A stretch of 64,000 nucleotides of DNA from the NCBI RefSeq assembly GCF_009914755.1, contig NC_060940.1. One strand, written 5' to 3'. The notes below the pieces were generated by a model. It was given only the letters and a program-made list of their open reading frames with translations. It had not been told where the DNA came from and did not search any database. A program made the position numbers and the translations under genes. Source of the DNA: the human T2T-CHM13v2.0 reference genome, Homo sapiens. Below, piece by piece: positions 39,327 through 61,757 of this stretch (positions are counted from its first letter, which is position 1; each line of letters begins with the position of its first letter).

Positions 39327-39623
39327 ATTTTTTTTTTTTTTGACACAACGTCTCACTTTGTCCCCCATGCTGGAGTGCAGTGGCATGATCTCAGCTCACT
39401 AAAACCTCCTTCTCCCGGGTTTAAGCAACTCTCAGAGTCAGCCTCTCAAATAGCTGGGGTTATAGGTGTGTGCCACCACATCCAGCTAATTTTTGTATTT
39501 TTAGTAGAGATGGGGTTTCACCATGTTGGCCAGGCTGGTCTCCAACTTCTGGCCTCAGCTGATCTGTCTGCCTCAGCTTCCCAAAGTGCTGGGATTACAG
39601 GTGTGAGCCCCTGTGCCCAGCCG
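39327..39623 (-). mobile_element. Alu
   Basis: Poly-T followed by a reverse dimer. Confidence 0.93.
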
Positions 39624-40009
39624 CCTCTCATAATGTTTGATGCACCTTGACCTTTAACTTTCAGTGAGTTCTCTGTTGAAACAGAACACAGGTCACACCA
39701 TTAAGAACAAGACAGAATTTTGAGTAAAAGTAATGAATAAGCGATTGGGTTATCTAATTATCCCATTTCTAAAGAGGAATAAATGATAGAATCACCCAGA
39801 AAAATGAAGTAAAGTTCTTGTTGACTTGACATGATGTATCGGCATCGACAAAGATAACATAAAACACATGCTCCATCTTTACAAAGAGGATGGGGACAAC
39901 AAGACTGGTTAATGAGTGTCATCCTTCAAAGAGCATTAAGATTAATTGCCATGCAAGAAAACTTGAATTGCCCTGAAATCTTGGAGGTCATGTAAGAAAG
40001 AAATGTGAT

Positions 40010-40915
<906 letters not shown>

Positions 40916-40994
40916 ACAGGAACCACTTCCGTTAAAGCCCCTACTATATGAGCCAAGCATATTTAGATGCTAGAAATCATTGAACGAAACAGAT

Positions 40995-41586
40995 GGAGGT
41001 GGTTTTAAAATAGGTCCACAAATTCTCTGGCACTCCTGTCTCTGAAAGGCAGAGGTTATTTCCCTTCCCCTTGAGTGTAGGCAGGGTCCAGAGACTTGTT
41101 TCTAAGGAACAGAAGGTTGTGGGGGTGACACTGGGTGACATCCAAGACTAATCATAAAAGGCACTGGAGTTTCCTCCTTGCTGTTCCTCTTAGGAACCCA
41201 GCTGCTGTGACATGAGAACTCAAGCTGCCCTATGGGAAGGTCTGCATAGTGAGGAACGGAGGCCTCCAGCCAGCAGCCACATGCAGGAGCCTGCTCAGAA
41301 GCACGTTGTCCAACTCCAGTCAAGCCTTTAGGTGCCTCCAGCCCAGAACAACATCTTGACTGCCTCTTGACTATTCACAAGAGGCCCTGAGCCAGAACCA
41401 TCCATCCAAACTGCTGTAGGATTGCTGACCTCAGAAACTGTGAGATAAGAGATGTTCGTTATTTTTCTAGCTGGCCCTTGAGACAATATTTTATTTTAAT
41501 AAATAGAAAAAAATGTTTTTAAATGTTCATATTTTAAGCGAGTAAGTTTAGGGAAAATTTGTTACCAGCAAGAGATAATTAATATA
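40995..41586 (+). mobile_element. MLT1E/F-like LTR
   Basis: GTCCACAAATTCT...TCCCCTTGAGTGTAGGC...GAGGAACGGAGGCCTCCAGCCA...TGACCTCAGAAACTGTGAGATAA...TTTGTTACCAGCAAGAGATAA. Confidence 0.82.
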
Positions 41587-41696
41587 CTTACAAAAGTTCC
41601 AGTTTTATGATTCTTATATTCTGAAGTTTATTAAATAGACAACGAATAAATGGCTTTTGAGAATGGTGAACAGTAAAAACTTTAAGAAATGCACCA

Positions 41697-42065
<369 letters not shown>

Positions 42066-42132
42066 ATAAATATACACACACACATATATATGTGGTATAC
42101 ATATCAATACATATCATATATCTATGTATCAT

Positions 42133-45890
<3,758 letters not shown>

Positions 45891-45992
45891 GGTAGAACAG
45901 GCCTGCATTACCTGATAATACAGTTAAATCAGACGTGATGCTGCCTGCCGAGGAGACCTGGAGGCTTCCCATGAATGGGCTTTCGGACGAGA

Positions 45993-46528
45993 GGTCTCTG
46001 GGTGCATTTGGTGACACCCCAGGCAGTGGGGGAGACGTCCAGGATGGAAGGCCAGCCACAGCCAGCCTTGCCCGCGGATGCCATGTCCATTTGCTTCAGT
46101 AGGATCTGCATCCTGTAAACCCTGGTTCCTGCCTCTCCAGGACACCTCACTGAGGTCAGCACACTCCTCAGGTTTAGAAGGGGTCTCTCAGTGAAATTTG
46201 GAGACACCCCAGGCAGAAGGGGGGGCGCCACAGCCAGCTCTGCCCGCGGATGCCACGTCCATTTGTTTCAGTAGGATCTGCACCTTGGAAACCCAGGTTC
46301 CTGCCTCTCCAGGACACCCCACTGAGGTCAGCACACCCTCCAGGTTTACAAGCGGTCTCTGGGTACATTTGGTGACACCGCAGGCAGAGGGGGGATGCTA
46401 GAGCCATCTCTGCCCGCAGATGCCACGTCCATTTGCTTCAGTAGGATCTGCACCCTGTAAACCTTGGTTTCTGCCTCTCCAGGACACCCCACTGAGGTCA
46501 GCACCCCCCACCCCCCACCCCCAGGTTT
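45993..46528 (+). repeat. Three tandem copies of a ~171-bp GC-rich unit
   Basis: TGCCAYGTCCATTTGYTTCAGTAGGATCTGCA at 46079, 46251 and 46421. Confidence 0.92.
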
Positions 46529-47088
46529 GTCCAGCTTCGCTCTCTGAGGAGAGACCCAGAAAGACCACATTCGGTGGAATTCTGGCTATAACCTTTTGTG
46601 GCCAGCAAGAAGGATCACCAAGCTGTCCTGTTACCTTGCTGGAGCAGTCACTGGTTTCATGCTTGGCCCCCATGCAGTGAGTGCCTGGGCCAGGCTTGAT
46701 TCCTGGAGCTCCGGTGAAATTTGGGCTTGGAGCTCATGCCTGCACCATCCAGAAAGCAGAAGGCAGCCGGCCCGGGCTGTATGGTTCGTAGAATCAGAGA
46801 GAACACTGCTTGCCTTCGTGTCTGTACCACAATAAATCTGCCAACTGCCGTCAAAGTCTCTGGATTCCTGCCCCCTCATTTTATTTTGTCTATTACGGAG
46901 CGGAAGGAGTGAGAAAGATTTTGCTTCCTATTTTGTTTTGCAAAGCGCTTCTAAGAAAAACAACCCGCGTTCTGAAAACGAGATTCTGAGTGTCCCCTGG
47001 GCGTGATGAAAACAAACTTTGGGAATCCAAGGGCCTGAGAGGCAGAGTGAATGTCATTCGCATTTCCCTGCGAATGACAAAGTCACTT

Positions 47089-47089
<1 letters not shown>

Positions 47090-47128
<39 letters not shown>

Positions 47129-47235
47129 GTAGATTCAGGGGATCCACAGGCAGCTTTGTGACCTGGGGATATTGTACAATGCTGAGGTTTGGGTATGAAT
47201 AATCCCGTCACCCAGACACTGAGCATTGTACATTC
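47090..47235 (-). mobile_element. (TTA)n tail plus L1 3'-end fragment
   Basis: (TTA)n then GATTCAGGGG...ATGCTGAGGTTTGGGTATGAATAATCCCGTCACCCAG. Confidence 0.75.
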
Positions 47236-47314
47236 CTGAGGTATATAATGTGTACTAAAAATAAAATGTATATTTATATATGCACTAATGATTCAACTTG
47301 ATTCCTTGTAATTA

Positions 47315-48620
<1,306 letters not shown>

Positions 48621-48623
48621 CAG

Positions 48624-48930
48624 GGCCGGGCACTGTAATCCCAGCACTCTGGAGGGCCGAGGTGGGCAGATCACCTGAGGTCAGGAGTTCAAGACCAGCC
48701 TGATCAACATGGTGAAACCCTATCTCTACTAAAAATACAAAAATTAGCCAGGCATGGTGGCACATGTCTGTAATCCCAGCTGCTCAGGAGGCTGAGGCAG
48801 GAGAATCACTTGAACCCAGGAGGCAGAGGTTGCAGTGAGCCGAGATTGCTACTGCACTCCAGCATGGGCAATAGAGCGAGACTCCATCTCAAAAAACAAA
48901 AAACAAAAAACAAACAAACAAAAAAAACAA
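48624..48930 (+). mobile_element. Alu
   Basis: Dimer with (AAAAAC)n tail. Confidence 0.95.
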
Positions 48931-48934
48931 GGAA

Positions 48935-50580
<1,646 letters not shown>

Positions 50581-51039
50581 AGGTTGATTCCATTACAAAA
50601 AAAAAGAAAAGAAAAAACTATCTTTTTAAAAGAAGGATCTCTCTGTTCAAAAACAAAACCAATGCCCTGTCAGGAAAGATGTTCTGTGTTTTTCTGGTAA
50701 AGCTGGAAGGAACCTACAAGAAGGAGTCACCCCATAAAATTAGTGGAGCAGCATTGCCTTTTGGGGTGAGGGCTGCTTCTGATAGGCCACCAGGATGAGT
50801 GCCTTCCTGGGGAGTGTGGTTCATCCTAAACCATCCAGGAAGCAATTCCTGCCCCCAAATCACCTGCCAGCTTCTGCCCTGTAAGTAAAATCCCCAGCAA
50901 GCAGGCAGCAGGGAGCTGCTTGCCTTGGAAGGCAGCTGAAGTCTCTGCCCACCACCCAGACTGTGTCCTCTGGGCAAGGCCAGGGCTTCCAGTTGGATGG
51001 TTTTCACATTAGCGGCTGCTGTTTAGAGTCATCAACATT

Positions 51040-51855
<816 letters not shown>

Positions 51856-52644
51856 GTGTTAAATGAGAGCCCGTGTCCAGTAATTCCCCAAATATCTGAG
51901 AATTTTCTTTTCTCTAAGTCAGTCATCCTGATAGAAGGCTGTAGGTCCCTTTGGGGAAGACTGGGAAAAAGATTAACAATGTAAATTTTTGGCAATGTAG
52001 CAGCGTACTTCCCCAAGATCACCCAGCCTCCCCTTCACTTAAGGGGTTGTGGCCTGTGAACTGGCTCAAGTCTGGGAATTGATTGAGGGTTTTAGATCTG
52101 TGTTTCATTAATTTGAGTTAGTCTTTTATTCAGTTGACCTAGAATTCTTCATTTTTTAAAGAACAACTAAGACTTTGGTACAGCCCATTAGCTCTCCCTG
52201 TGGATACCATGGACTACACAATGCTGTGGGTTTCTGTGAGTCAAACCATTCTGACTGCTGCTTTGACACTGCTTTCCACTGTGGTGACCACACCCACCTC
52301 ATCTTTGGTGATTAAGGACAGCCCATGTTCCCTGCCACCCCAGGATTCAATTATCCTCATTTTATTTAAAGATCCCAGTCCAGTGGCTGCAGTTCCTGCT
52401 GTTAACATTTTGCCTACTGAGAGCACAAGCTCAAAGCTCTTCCAGGATACTGGGCTCCTCTCACAATATTCTTTCTCACGATCGTTGTGAGAAGTATGTT
52501 CTGTAGACCCTCCAGTGTGAGTGAGCAGGTCTGACATAATAAATCCAGTCTCCCTGAGTTTTTGCCTACCTTCCTGTACACATAAACCAAGGAAGTTGTG
52601 GCATCTCAACTTTATGTACCTTAGGTAAACTCTGATTCTGTTTC

Positions 52645-52795
52645 AGCCAACCAACCAAGACACCAAACAAATAAGCAAACAGCCAACTAATCAACCAACA
52701 AGCAAGCAAGCAACAAACCAACCAAACAACCAAGCAAGGAAGCAAGCACCAACCAACCAACCAAGCAACCAACCAAGTAACTGATCAAACCAACC
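52645..52795 (+). repeat. (AACC/AAGC)n microsatellite; (TG)n at about 52966-52988
   Basis: Directly visible. Confidence 0.9.
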
Positions 52796-53001
52796 CTTGG
52801 AGCCCTTTCTAAAGATTTGACCTACAACCCTGAATCCAGAATCTCTGTTTAGTGGGCCAACATTAATAAATTTAGCTGAATCCAACTTTATGTTACTTCC
52901 ACCATGGTGCCACACACTTAATATCCATTCCCACATATATTCTCCAGATTTCTTTCTGTATAAATTGTGTGTGTGTGTGTGTGTGTGTAGAAAGAGAGCA
53001 T

Positions 53002-53922
53002 TGACTGAAAAATCACACTATTTTATAAACTTAGAAAAGAGATCTTTATTTCTTATAAAGGTTTGCAGCCTGCAAGGTGGCCCTTATGACAGGCTGGGAA
53101 GTGTGGCCTACAGCCAAGGCCAGAGGCAGGCATTTCCAGTGAGGAAGGAGAGGACAGGAATTTGAGCCGAATGAGTTGGCTACATATACATACTCAATAG
53201 GATATCAGAGGAGCTATATCATTTTATGAGAATACTCATAAGAGAGGACGTAACAGATGCATATTCAATAAACATGCATGTTCATTCTGGGGTGGAGACT
53301 TGACATTTAAATGTATTATAATTAGGCCCTACACATCAGAAAGTGAAGCAGGGACATGAAGGTACTCAGCCTCTGTAAAGGCACAGCCTCTAAAACTGGC
53401 CAGAACCAGTCCCTGGAGGATGGTCTCTTATCAGGAGAAAGTTATTGAAATCAGTCCCTTGTCCAGTGAAAGCTGTCATTAAGGTTGGTGGGGCAGGAGA
53501 TCAGTTACTCAGCATCTGTGAACTGGGTGAGTTGTAACTGTTTTAATCTTGCTTCTGTCACAGCCAGTGCTTGCTTGGCTGCTAGAGAAAAATAAAAACC
53601 ATGTGGTAGTTAGAATCTAGTTTATGCTTTAAGAGTAGGGGACAAGACTTAACCCTCGCCTGGCATGGCCCTAGGTCCTGTTTATAATTTGGGGTCTTAT
53701 TGCCACAAAGAGTCTGTTCTGTCAGTCTCATGATCTCTATTTTAACATTAATGCTGTTCAGTCATTGGGTCTAAACCATAAGAGGGAATGAGGTACAGGG
53801 AGGTATGTCTGACCTCCTGTCCTGTCATGGCCAAGAACTGAATTTTAAGATTTGAGGTTCCATTGGCCAAAAGGGGGTCTGCTAAGTCGGGTGGGGGGCT
53901 TAGGATTTTATTTTTAGTTCTC
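53002..53922 (-). mobile_element. MER4-group ERV1 solo LTR (~920 bp)
   Basis: TG...CA termini; CTTTATTTCTTATAAAGG..., CATGGCCCTAGGTCCTGTTTATAATTTGG, GGGGGGCTTAGGATTTTATTTTTAGTT. Confidence 0.8.
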
Positions 53923-54484
53923 AAGGGAGATAAAATAATTTAATCCATTGGCCCCTGTGACTGTGGGACTAACATGGCTATGATCTGTCGGACAGACTTC
54001 AGGCTGGCACCCAGGCAAAATTCTGTGCTGTAGTAAATGCATCATGCACATTTGTAACAACACGTACATAACAATGTCACAAAATACTTTCATGGTGACA
54101 CCTAGATTAGTGTTTTATTGAATAGCTGATGATATAAACTGGCTCATTTGGTGCCAAGACTGACCATCACCACCATACCAAGGTCATCACTGATCAGAGG
54201 CCTAACCCAAGGAGGGGGTCATGTGCAGGCCCAGCGGTGGGGAGGAAAGATGCCGCAGAGGAGACGGATGCCCACAGAGGCCCCTGAGCGGATACCATGC
54301 TCACTAAGTGGTAAGTATAGACTCAACGTAGGCTGTAAGCTCTCCCCCTGTGCAAATGGGACCCCATCCACTTGAGAGTCAAGGGTCTGTTTGGGTGGCA
54401 GGGTTAGCCACTTCTGAAGGTAGAAAGGAAAATAAGCCACCAAATTGGTACCTTTCTGTGAAATGGACATCGTGCTCAGAATCT

Positions 54485-54610
54485 CCATTTTCCCCACAAC
54501 CTGGAGGAATAAGTACTGTCATCTGCATTTTATAGCTGAGGAATCTGACTGAACAAAATTGAATTACTCGCCTAAGCAATTAGCAATTAACCAAGTCTTT
54601 CTGACTCAGA
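54485..54610 (-). mobile_element. MIR fragment
   Basis: CATTTTATAGCTGAGGAATCTGA core. Confidence 0.6.
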
Positions 54611-55404
54611 AACCCAGCTGTTGCCTGTTCATATCCAGCCCCCTGTATTGGTGTCAAGATCTGGCCTGTTCTCAATGCAGCAAGATCCAGGCAGATCACA
54701 CTGGACTCCCAGCACTGAATCTGGCTCAAGGGGACATCAAATTTGACTGGGTCATGGGGCTCAGGAGCATCACTCTCAAAAATAGCAGTACAGGAAGAGG
54801 CGATGGCCCTAAACAGCACTTGCAGGCAGATCCCATGTTAATCGTAAGGGTCAGGACTCTCTCACTTTTCTGTCTCTCTCTCTGTCTCTCCTCTAGGGCT
54901 GACCCCACATTGGACACCACTGCTTCCATGTCGATCACACACCACAGCTGCCTTTTCTTCTGCCTGCTTATGGGAAAGTCCCCTCCTCTCCTCCGTTTTC
55001 TTCTCTTCCTGCCCTATCACACCGTGCACTTCTCCCTTTCCTTAAAGAACCACCATCAACTTTAGGAGGAGGGAAAGGGGTGGCTCTGGCAGGAAAAGCC
55101 AGAATCCCCTCTAGCCAACAGAGAGAGAGAGGAATGGCTGCATGTTTTCTCCCTCAATCCAAGGCACTGGGTCTTGGCTGAGTTGCAGGTTCCAAGCTGC
55201 TCTCCTGCTGTGTCGGTGAGTTCTGGTCAACCTGCAACCTCCTGACGTGGCCACTGCAGTTCATCGAGTCTTCAGGGACTCCCCATGGCCTAGAGTACTT
55301 TGCCTTGCTTACACGGGAGAGGAGAATGGATTTATAGAGAACATCATCTAAATCCAACTTGACCATTGTGTGGCCACACTTGCTAGATTGCTATAGTCTA
55401 AATC

Positions 55405-55600
55405 TAGCATTGTAGAAAGACGGGGGAGCTTGGAGCTGCACAAACCCAGGTCTGGAAATGGCTCCTTACCTTGGAAGGTGAATGATCCTGGCAGGACTTA
55501 GCCTCCCTGGGCCTCAGTTTCTTTATCTGTTTCATGGGAATGAGGATCTCTGCTGGTTGGTTGGGTGATGCGGGGGCTGTGTGAAAACAGCTTGTCAATA
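55405..55600 (+). mobile_element. MIR fragment
   Basis: CTTAGCCTCCCTGGGCCTCAGTTTCTTTATCTGT...ATGGGAATGAG. Confidence 0.7.
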
Positions 55601-55734
55601 CAAGCCGAAATAGAAATATTTCTCCACAGAGTATGAAGGTCAAATGAGAGAATACATTTAAATTAAATGGAAAATTAAAATGGCAAAAAAGGCAAAGCTG
55701 TATTCAAAGTTCCGAGCTTCTCTATAAGGAGCTT

Positions 55735-56087
55735 TTTGACTATGTGAGAATCCTGTACTCGTTCCCCCTAAATACAAAAAAAAAAAAAAAGTTGAAGGAG
55801 GCAGAAGGGAGAGTGATGCACGATGGGCGAGGACTTCACCTGCTGTTGCTGGCTTTGAGGATAGAGAAAGAAGGCCACAAACCTAGAAGCTGGAGCCCCT
55901 AGAAGCTAGAAAAGGCAGGGAGCCGATTCATCCCTTAAGCCTCCAGAAGGGACATAGCCCCGCTGGCACCTTGATTTTAGCCCAGTGAGATCCTCTTAGG
56001 AATTTTGGCAACCAGAACTATAAGACAGAAATGGAAGCCACTGAGTCTGTAGCTGTTTGTTGCAGCAGCAATAGAAAACTAATGCAG
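55735..56087 (+). mobile_element. MLT1C/D-like LTR fragment
   Basis: TTGCTGGCTTTGAGGAT...CTAGAAGCTAGAAAAGGCAGGGA...GCCTCCAGAAGGGAC...CACCTTGATTTTAGCCCAGTGAGA...GCAGCAATAGAAAACTAAT. Confidence 0.85.
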
Positions 56088-56104
56088 AGCCCAAGAAATC
56101 ACTG

Positions 56105-56225
56105 GTGATGAGATGGGGAAAGTGGGCTCAGGAGGTCTGGATCTGTGATGAGATGGGGAAAGTGGGCTCAGGAGGTCTGGATCTGTGATGAGATGGGGGA
56201 AGTGGGCTCAGGAGGTCTGGATCTG
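56105..56225 (+). repeat. 40-bp minisatellite x3
   Basis: GTGATGAGATGGGG(A/G)AAGTGGGCTCAGGAGGTCTGGATCT three times. Confidence 0.95.
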
Positions 56226-57784
56226 AGGTGCGGATCTGGAGTGGAAGGGGAATTCATTTGTTCATTGTCTATCCTTTTGCATTGATTGAGTTTTTTTCTA
56301 TATATATGTGTGAATTTTCACAATAACAGTTTTTTCCAAAATAAAATAAAAGAACAAAAGGGGCTTTTTGCAACCCAAATCCTATCTATGTCTGAGTCCA
56401 CTTGTATTGAATGAGTCTTTCTGCTAACGTCCTTATATTTGGGTGACAATCTGAATGGCAGTGACCAATCAGAGCAGAGGCAAACCTTGGAGTGGGCAGG
56501 GCATCCTGAGGGCCCTGATTCCTGCCATGAGTCATAACTCTTTAGGTGCCAGACCATGGGGAGGTCCAGGGGTTGCAGGGGAGGGCTGTGCATCTGCAAT
56601 GACTCTCAGGGGGCTCCTGGTGGTGGCAATTGGTGAATCTGCACAGTGGTGTTTCAATATTGTCACAACCCTGCTGTCTCTCATGCTCTCAAAAAGCATT
56701 CCTCTTACCTGTGACAGACTTCCTACACCTAACAGCTTGCAAAAGTGTTCCAGGTTAATGAGAATAATCTCTCGGAGCCATACCTCCCTGCTTGGGGTCT
56801 CAGTTTCCCCAACTGTCTCCAGACAAGTTAGGCTAGAAGGCCCCTGAGCCTCAGCCCCTCTATACCCCTCCTGTCACCCAGACCTGATCTGGGTCTTGCA
56901 CCCTGGGTGCAGCATGACAGGGGTGGGCAGGGGCTGGCTCTGGGCCAGAGGACCCTTTCTGATGGACTTCAGCTGTTGGCCTTGCATGGGAGACAGATCA
57001 ACCGCACAAGAGTCATACGGTGAGTAGCCGTGGGCAAATCCATCCCCCTCGTCTTAGATTTATGGGGAGACAGACAAAGAGGAGACACTCCAGGAAGACC
57101 TGCAGGTGGGAGTACCAGGTTGAAACCAAGGACACCTTCCTGGAGGAGCTGCTGCTTGAGCCAGCTCTGAGAACAGGTGGGGACAGGACTGGAGAGGAGG
57201 AGGGGGTCCCCTATGAGCAAAGACTGGCCACCACCCCACCTAACACCCCCACAGGGCCCCTGTGGCATCCCTGTCCAGTCCCTGTCACCACCCAGTTTTT
57301 CCCTCTGGACCCAGGAATTCAAAGTAAGCAAGGAGGTCCGCTGCTCCAGTTGGCTGCAAATAATTACAACCTTAAGCCCAAGCAGCACTTTGGGTCCTGG
57401 TTTGGGACCATGAAGCGACTCGGTGAGACTGAGAGGTAAGGCCAGGGCAGGAATTGGGACAGTAGGATTGAACTCTCCCTGGGGGCCAGCCTCAGAAAGC
57501 CTGTGGCCATAGCCTCTTGGCCAACATCAGATCCTGTGGTCTGGCAATGCCTGGGGTACCCAGACCTCACTCTGGACAGGCCCTGGGAGGGGGCCCTGGT
57601 GAGATTCCTGGCAGCCTCACAGCCACTCTTCTGTCCGTAGCTACAACCTATCATGCCAGCTGGAGGCTCCATCCCAGTTGGCTGGGAGCACAAAGGCCAG
57701 GAAGATAGACATCACCCACCACAGGGGCCAGTCGGGGCCTGAGCCAGGGCGGGCAGAGGTTGGCTGCCTTGGGATATGGGTGGG

Positions 57785-57985
57785 CTCAGGGAGTCAGACA
57801 GCAAGGGACTAGCCTCCCATCCTACTCCTGACCAGACCTGTGACTGGGGAGAGTCACCTTACTTCTCTGGGCCTCAGTTTCCCCCTCTGTGGAGTGACGC
57901 TAAATGATCTCTCTGGAGACGGGGATCAATAGGGCACTGGTGACTGACCAGGCACTCAGCACATGCCTGGAACACACAGTGCAGG
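57785..57985 (+). mobile_element. MIR fragment
   Basis: TGTGACTGGGGAGAGTCACCTTACTTCTCTGGGCCTCAGTTTCCCCCTCTGT. Confidence 0.7.
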
Positions 57986-58707
57986 ACTGTGGTGGGGAGG
58001 TGGCCTGAGATCCTGGGGAGTCACCCATGTGTGCCTGCCCTTCCGACCAGCCACCAGGCCCTCAGGGCAGAGCCCACTACCAGCAGCAGCTCACACCCCG
58101 AGACCAGCTCAGAGGCGGCCCCTACCTCAGCAGCAGGGACATCACGGACACTTTAAGCTGGTACTAGGGTGGCTTCTCCAGCTCCCACGTGGAGAGGGGT
58201 CCCAGCTGAGTCCCACTCACGTGGAGTCTCATGCCCATGAAAGCGCCATTCACCACTGGCCAGGCTCATGAGGCCGCATGAGAGGGGGGTCACTGGGGAG
58301 GAGATATCGGGGGAACAGAGAGGATGGCTGAATTTTTGTATAATAGGCAGTGCAAGTGTTTACCGTTTGGGAGGGGAAAGGTTTGTTATTATTAGCAATG
58401 CTACACTTGAATATTATACTAAAATCCAGTCTCTCTATAACCTGGGAGTTGCTCTTTTGTTCTTTCTTTTCCTGTCTTAATTAAAATGAGATGCAGACTC
58501 TCACGGTCCACAGTCAATTAAGAAATCTTGCACGGCCATCAGGTTATGTCTTGGAGAGCAGAGTTTCAGTACCATCAGCCTGGCAAGGAGCTGGGCCTGC
58601 TCCTCAGAGCTCCCGGGACTGCGAAATTTGGCGTGTTCACAGGGCACCGTCACAGCCTCTGAAACATGCTGTCTTTAAAGACTTTTGCCGTGGCTCACTC
58701 ACTCACA

Positions 58708-59020
<313 letters not shown>

Positions 59021-61001
59021 ACATTTGCAAGGACCATGTCCTCACCCAGAATGGTGCCTGCCTTTCTACAGTTTTTCAGGAAGAGGAAACATTTTCTGCT
59101 TCTCTCGCTGAGGTTTTTTTTAACCACCCATTAGGAACCTATAGATTTCAGGATCGAACACTGGGATTCCCTCAGCACTAAAGGAGGAAAATTGCAAACA
59201 GAGCTGGAAGTGCAATGTGGAAAGGTCAGGCTGAGGAAGGTTCTTAGCCAGTAGACCAAGGGCAGGAAGGACACTGCCTCCTCGGTCTCCCACTAGGGAA
59301 CTTGTGATTCTTGTCCCCTGATGTCAGAATTCCTTGTCATGTTTGTTTTGTCTCCAAGGGAAGGGTTTGAATTTCAGAATTTAAGGCTAGAGTGGGCCTC
59401 GTGCAGTTAACATTAACCCTCTCTCTCCTTCGCTGGCCGAGGTGAGGTCCAGGACCATGTAGTTCTGACGTCCACTCTCTCGGGGGATCACCAGTTCACC
59501 CATCTCACCCGGCAAGCTGGGCCCTAGTTTGGCGACAGGCATCTTCCACCCACCTGGGAGGCAGGGTTCAACACTCTGCCTCTGACCTTGTTTCCTTCTT
59601 CTGCCACCTGCTTAGGCAACCAGAAGGGGTTGTCCAGCCAGCACCTGGGCTTTAGCGCTCCTCAACCAGGTGGAGGAAGTTTCAGGCACCTGGCTCCTCA
59701 GGTGTCTGCCATCCAGGTGCTCTTCAGGCTTTCCCAGCAGAGCTCTCTTGATCCAGCTAGAACTGGCCAGAACTGACTCACTCAGGAATGTGTAGACTTT
59801 GGCATCAGGGGCTGCTTTAATTTGCACAATTTCCAAATACCTCTTTTTTCTTCTTTTTCTGATGAGTCATCTCCCTAGACTTGCATTTTAAAGAGATAGA
59901 TAGTTATCAGGTTCCAGAGAAGACGTGGTAGAACATTTATATCTCAAAGACACAGAGCTGAGACTTCAGGTTGAGATATGATAATTTGCCTAAACCAAAA
60001 AGGAAGGTGTAGGTAAAGTTCTAGTCAAGACAGGATGGCCAGGAAAAACACCTTAAACCAAAGGATGGCTTGCTTTGCTGATTTAAGCCAATGGCTTCTT
60101 TATCATAAGACTTCCCAGTGATTTAGTCCTCCCTCTCTTCCAGTGCACAGAGACATACCCCTCCTTACAAATTAAAAATGTTCTTTATAGATGGAAATTT
60201 ATTTTACAAAAATGTTTCAAAATAACCAGATGAAAATCATCCTTATGCCAGAAAGACTTTATTTTTTTATTACTAGAAATGAAACACTAAGTATTTGTTG
60301 TATTGACATACTTAGGCTTAGACCTATGTTTAACAAGAAAGCCTTAATAATAGCACTGTGGTTAGACTCTAGCCTATTTTTCCAAACCATCATTTTATTA
60401 TTAAGGAAACAAAGGATCAAATACCTTTCATTCATCTGATATGATCCTTTAAAACACATTCCACCAATAAGTCCTATTTGGAACAGCTGAAAATCTTTTA
60501 ATAAAACTTTTTAAAGATGAACTCATGGCTTAGTGTAAATTTCACAAGCTTAATTAGGTCAAGTGGAAGGAACTCAGATGAGTAGTTGCCCAATCAGAGG
60601 CCATTATTTGTAAGTCATCAGCCCCCTCCATGACCTTAAAACTCCACTCTGACCTAATTATTGCAAACCTATACACAACAAAGTGAAAGGATTAATTTTC
60701 ATTCATCAACCTCTCAATCCCAGATTTTCAAAGAAAAAAACCTGTGTAAGGAATACTTACCAAAACCAGACAGGAAAATTAGAGCCTGCATACTTAAGAG
60801 TCAAATTTGTTCCACTACAGCCAGGTCGCATACAGTTACATCATTTGGTTCTTCATACACTCTAGAACTGACCAGGACAGAGTTTAGCATAGAAAAACTG
60901 TAAGAAATAGGTTCTGAAACATAGAAATTGCAAAGTTCAAAAGGCTATGAAAAAAACGAATGTAAATGAGACTTCCCTCCCTTTGTTTTAAATAAATAGA
61001 C

Positions 61002-61757
61002 CCATCAGAGAAATGCAAATCAAAACCACAATGAGATACCATCTCACACCAGTTAGAATGGCGATCATTAAAAAGTCAGGAAACAACAGGTGCTGCCGAG
61101 GATGTGGAGAAATAGGAACACTTTCACACTGTTGGTGGGACTGTAAACTAGTTCAACCATTGTGGAAGACAGTGTGGCCATTCCTCAGGGATCTAGAACT
61201 AGAAATACCATTTGACCCAGCCATCCCACTACTGGGTATATACCCAAAGGATTATAAATCATGCTGCTATAAAGACACATGCACACGTATGTTTATTGTG
61301 GCACTACTCACAATAGCAAAGACTTGGAACAAACCCAAATGTCCAAAAACGATAGACTGGATTAAGAAAATGTGGCACATATACACCATGGAATACTATG
61401 CAGCCATAAAAAATGATGAGTTCATATCCTTTGCAGGGACATGGATGAAGCTGGAAACCATCATTCTTAGCAAACTATCACAAGGACAAAAAACCAAACA
61501 CCGCATGTTCTCACTCATAGATGGGAATTGAACAATGAGAACACTTGGACACAGGAAGGGGAACATCACACACCAGGGCCTGTTGTGGGGTGGGGGGAGC
61601 GGGGAGGGATAGCATTAGGAGATATGCCTAATATAAATGATGAGTTAATGGGTGCAGCACACCAACATGGCACATGTATTCATATGCAACAAACCTGCAC
61701 ATTGTGCATGTGTACCCTAGAATTTAAAGTATAATAAAAAAATAAAAAAAGAAAGAA
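61002..61757 (+). mobile_element. 5'-truncated L1PA (approx. PA3-PA6): ORF2 C-terminus, 3' UTR and poly-A
   Basis: The ORF at 61013-61531 encodes [43 protein letters not shown]...HRMFSLI.GN, the cysteine-rich end of L1 ORF2p. G-rich 3' UTR, AATAAA and A tail; short AAATAGA TSD. Confidence 0.96.

Noticed and set aside
54559-57439. 168-aa and 139-aa unique ORFs; possible CYP4F pseudogene fragments
   Set aside because: No recognisable domains; the first begins in a MIR. I looked for CYP4F motifs by eye and found none convincing.
61013-61531. 172-aa ORF with a Cys/His motif
   Set aside because: C-terminus of L1 ORF2p in a 5'-truncated copy; no promoter, endonuclease or RT domain.
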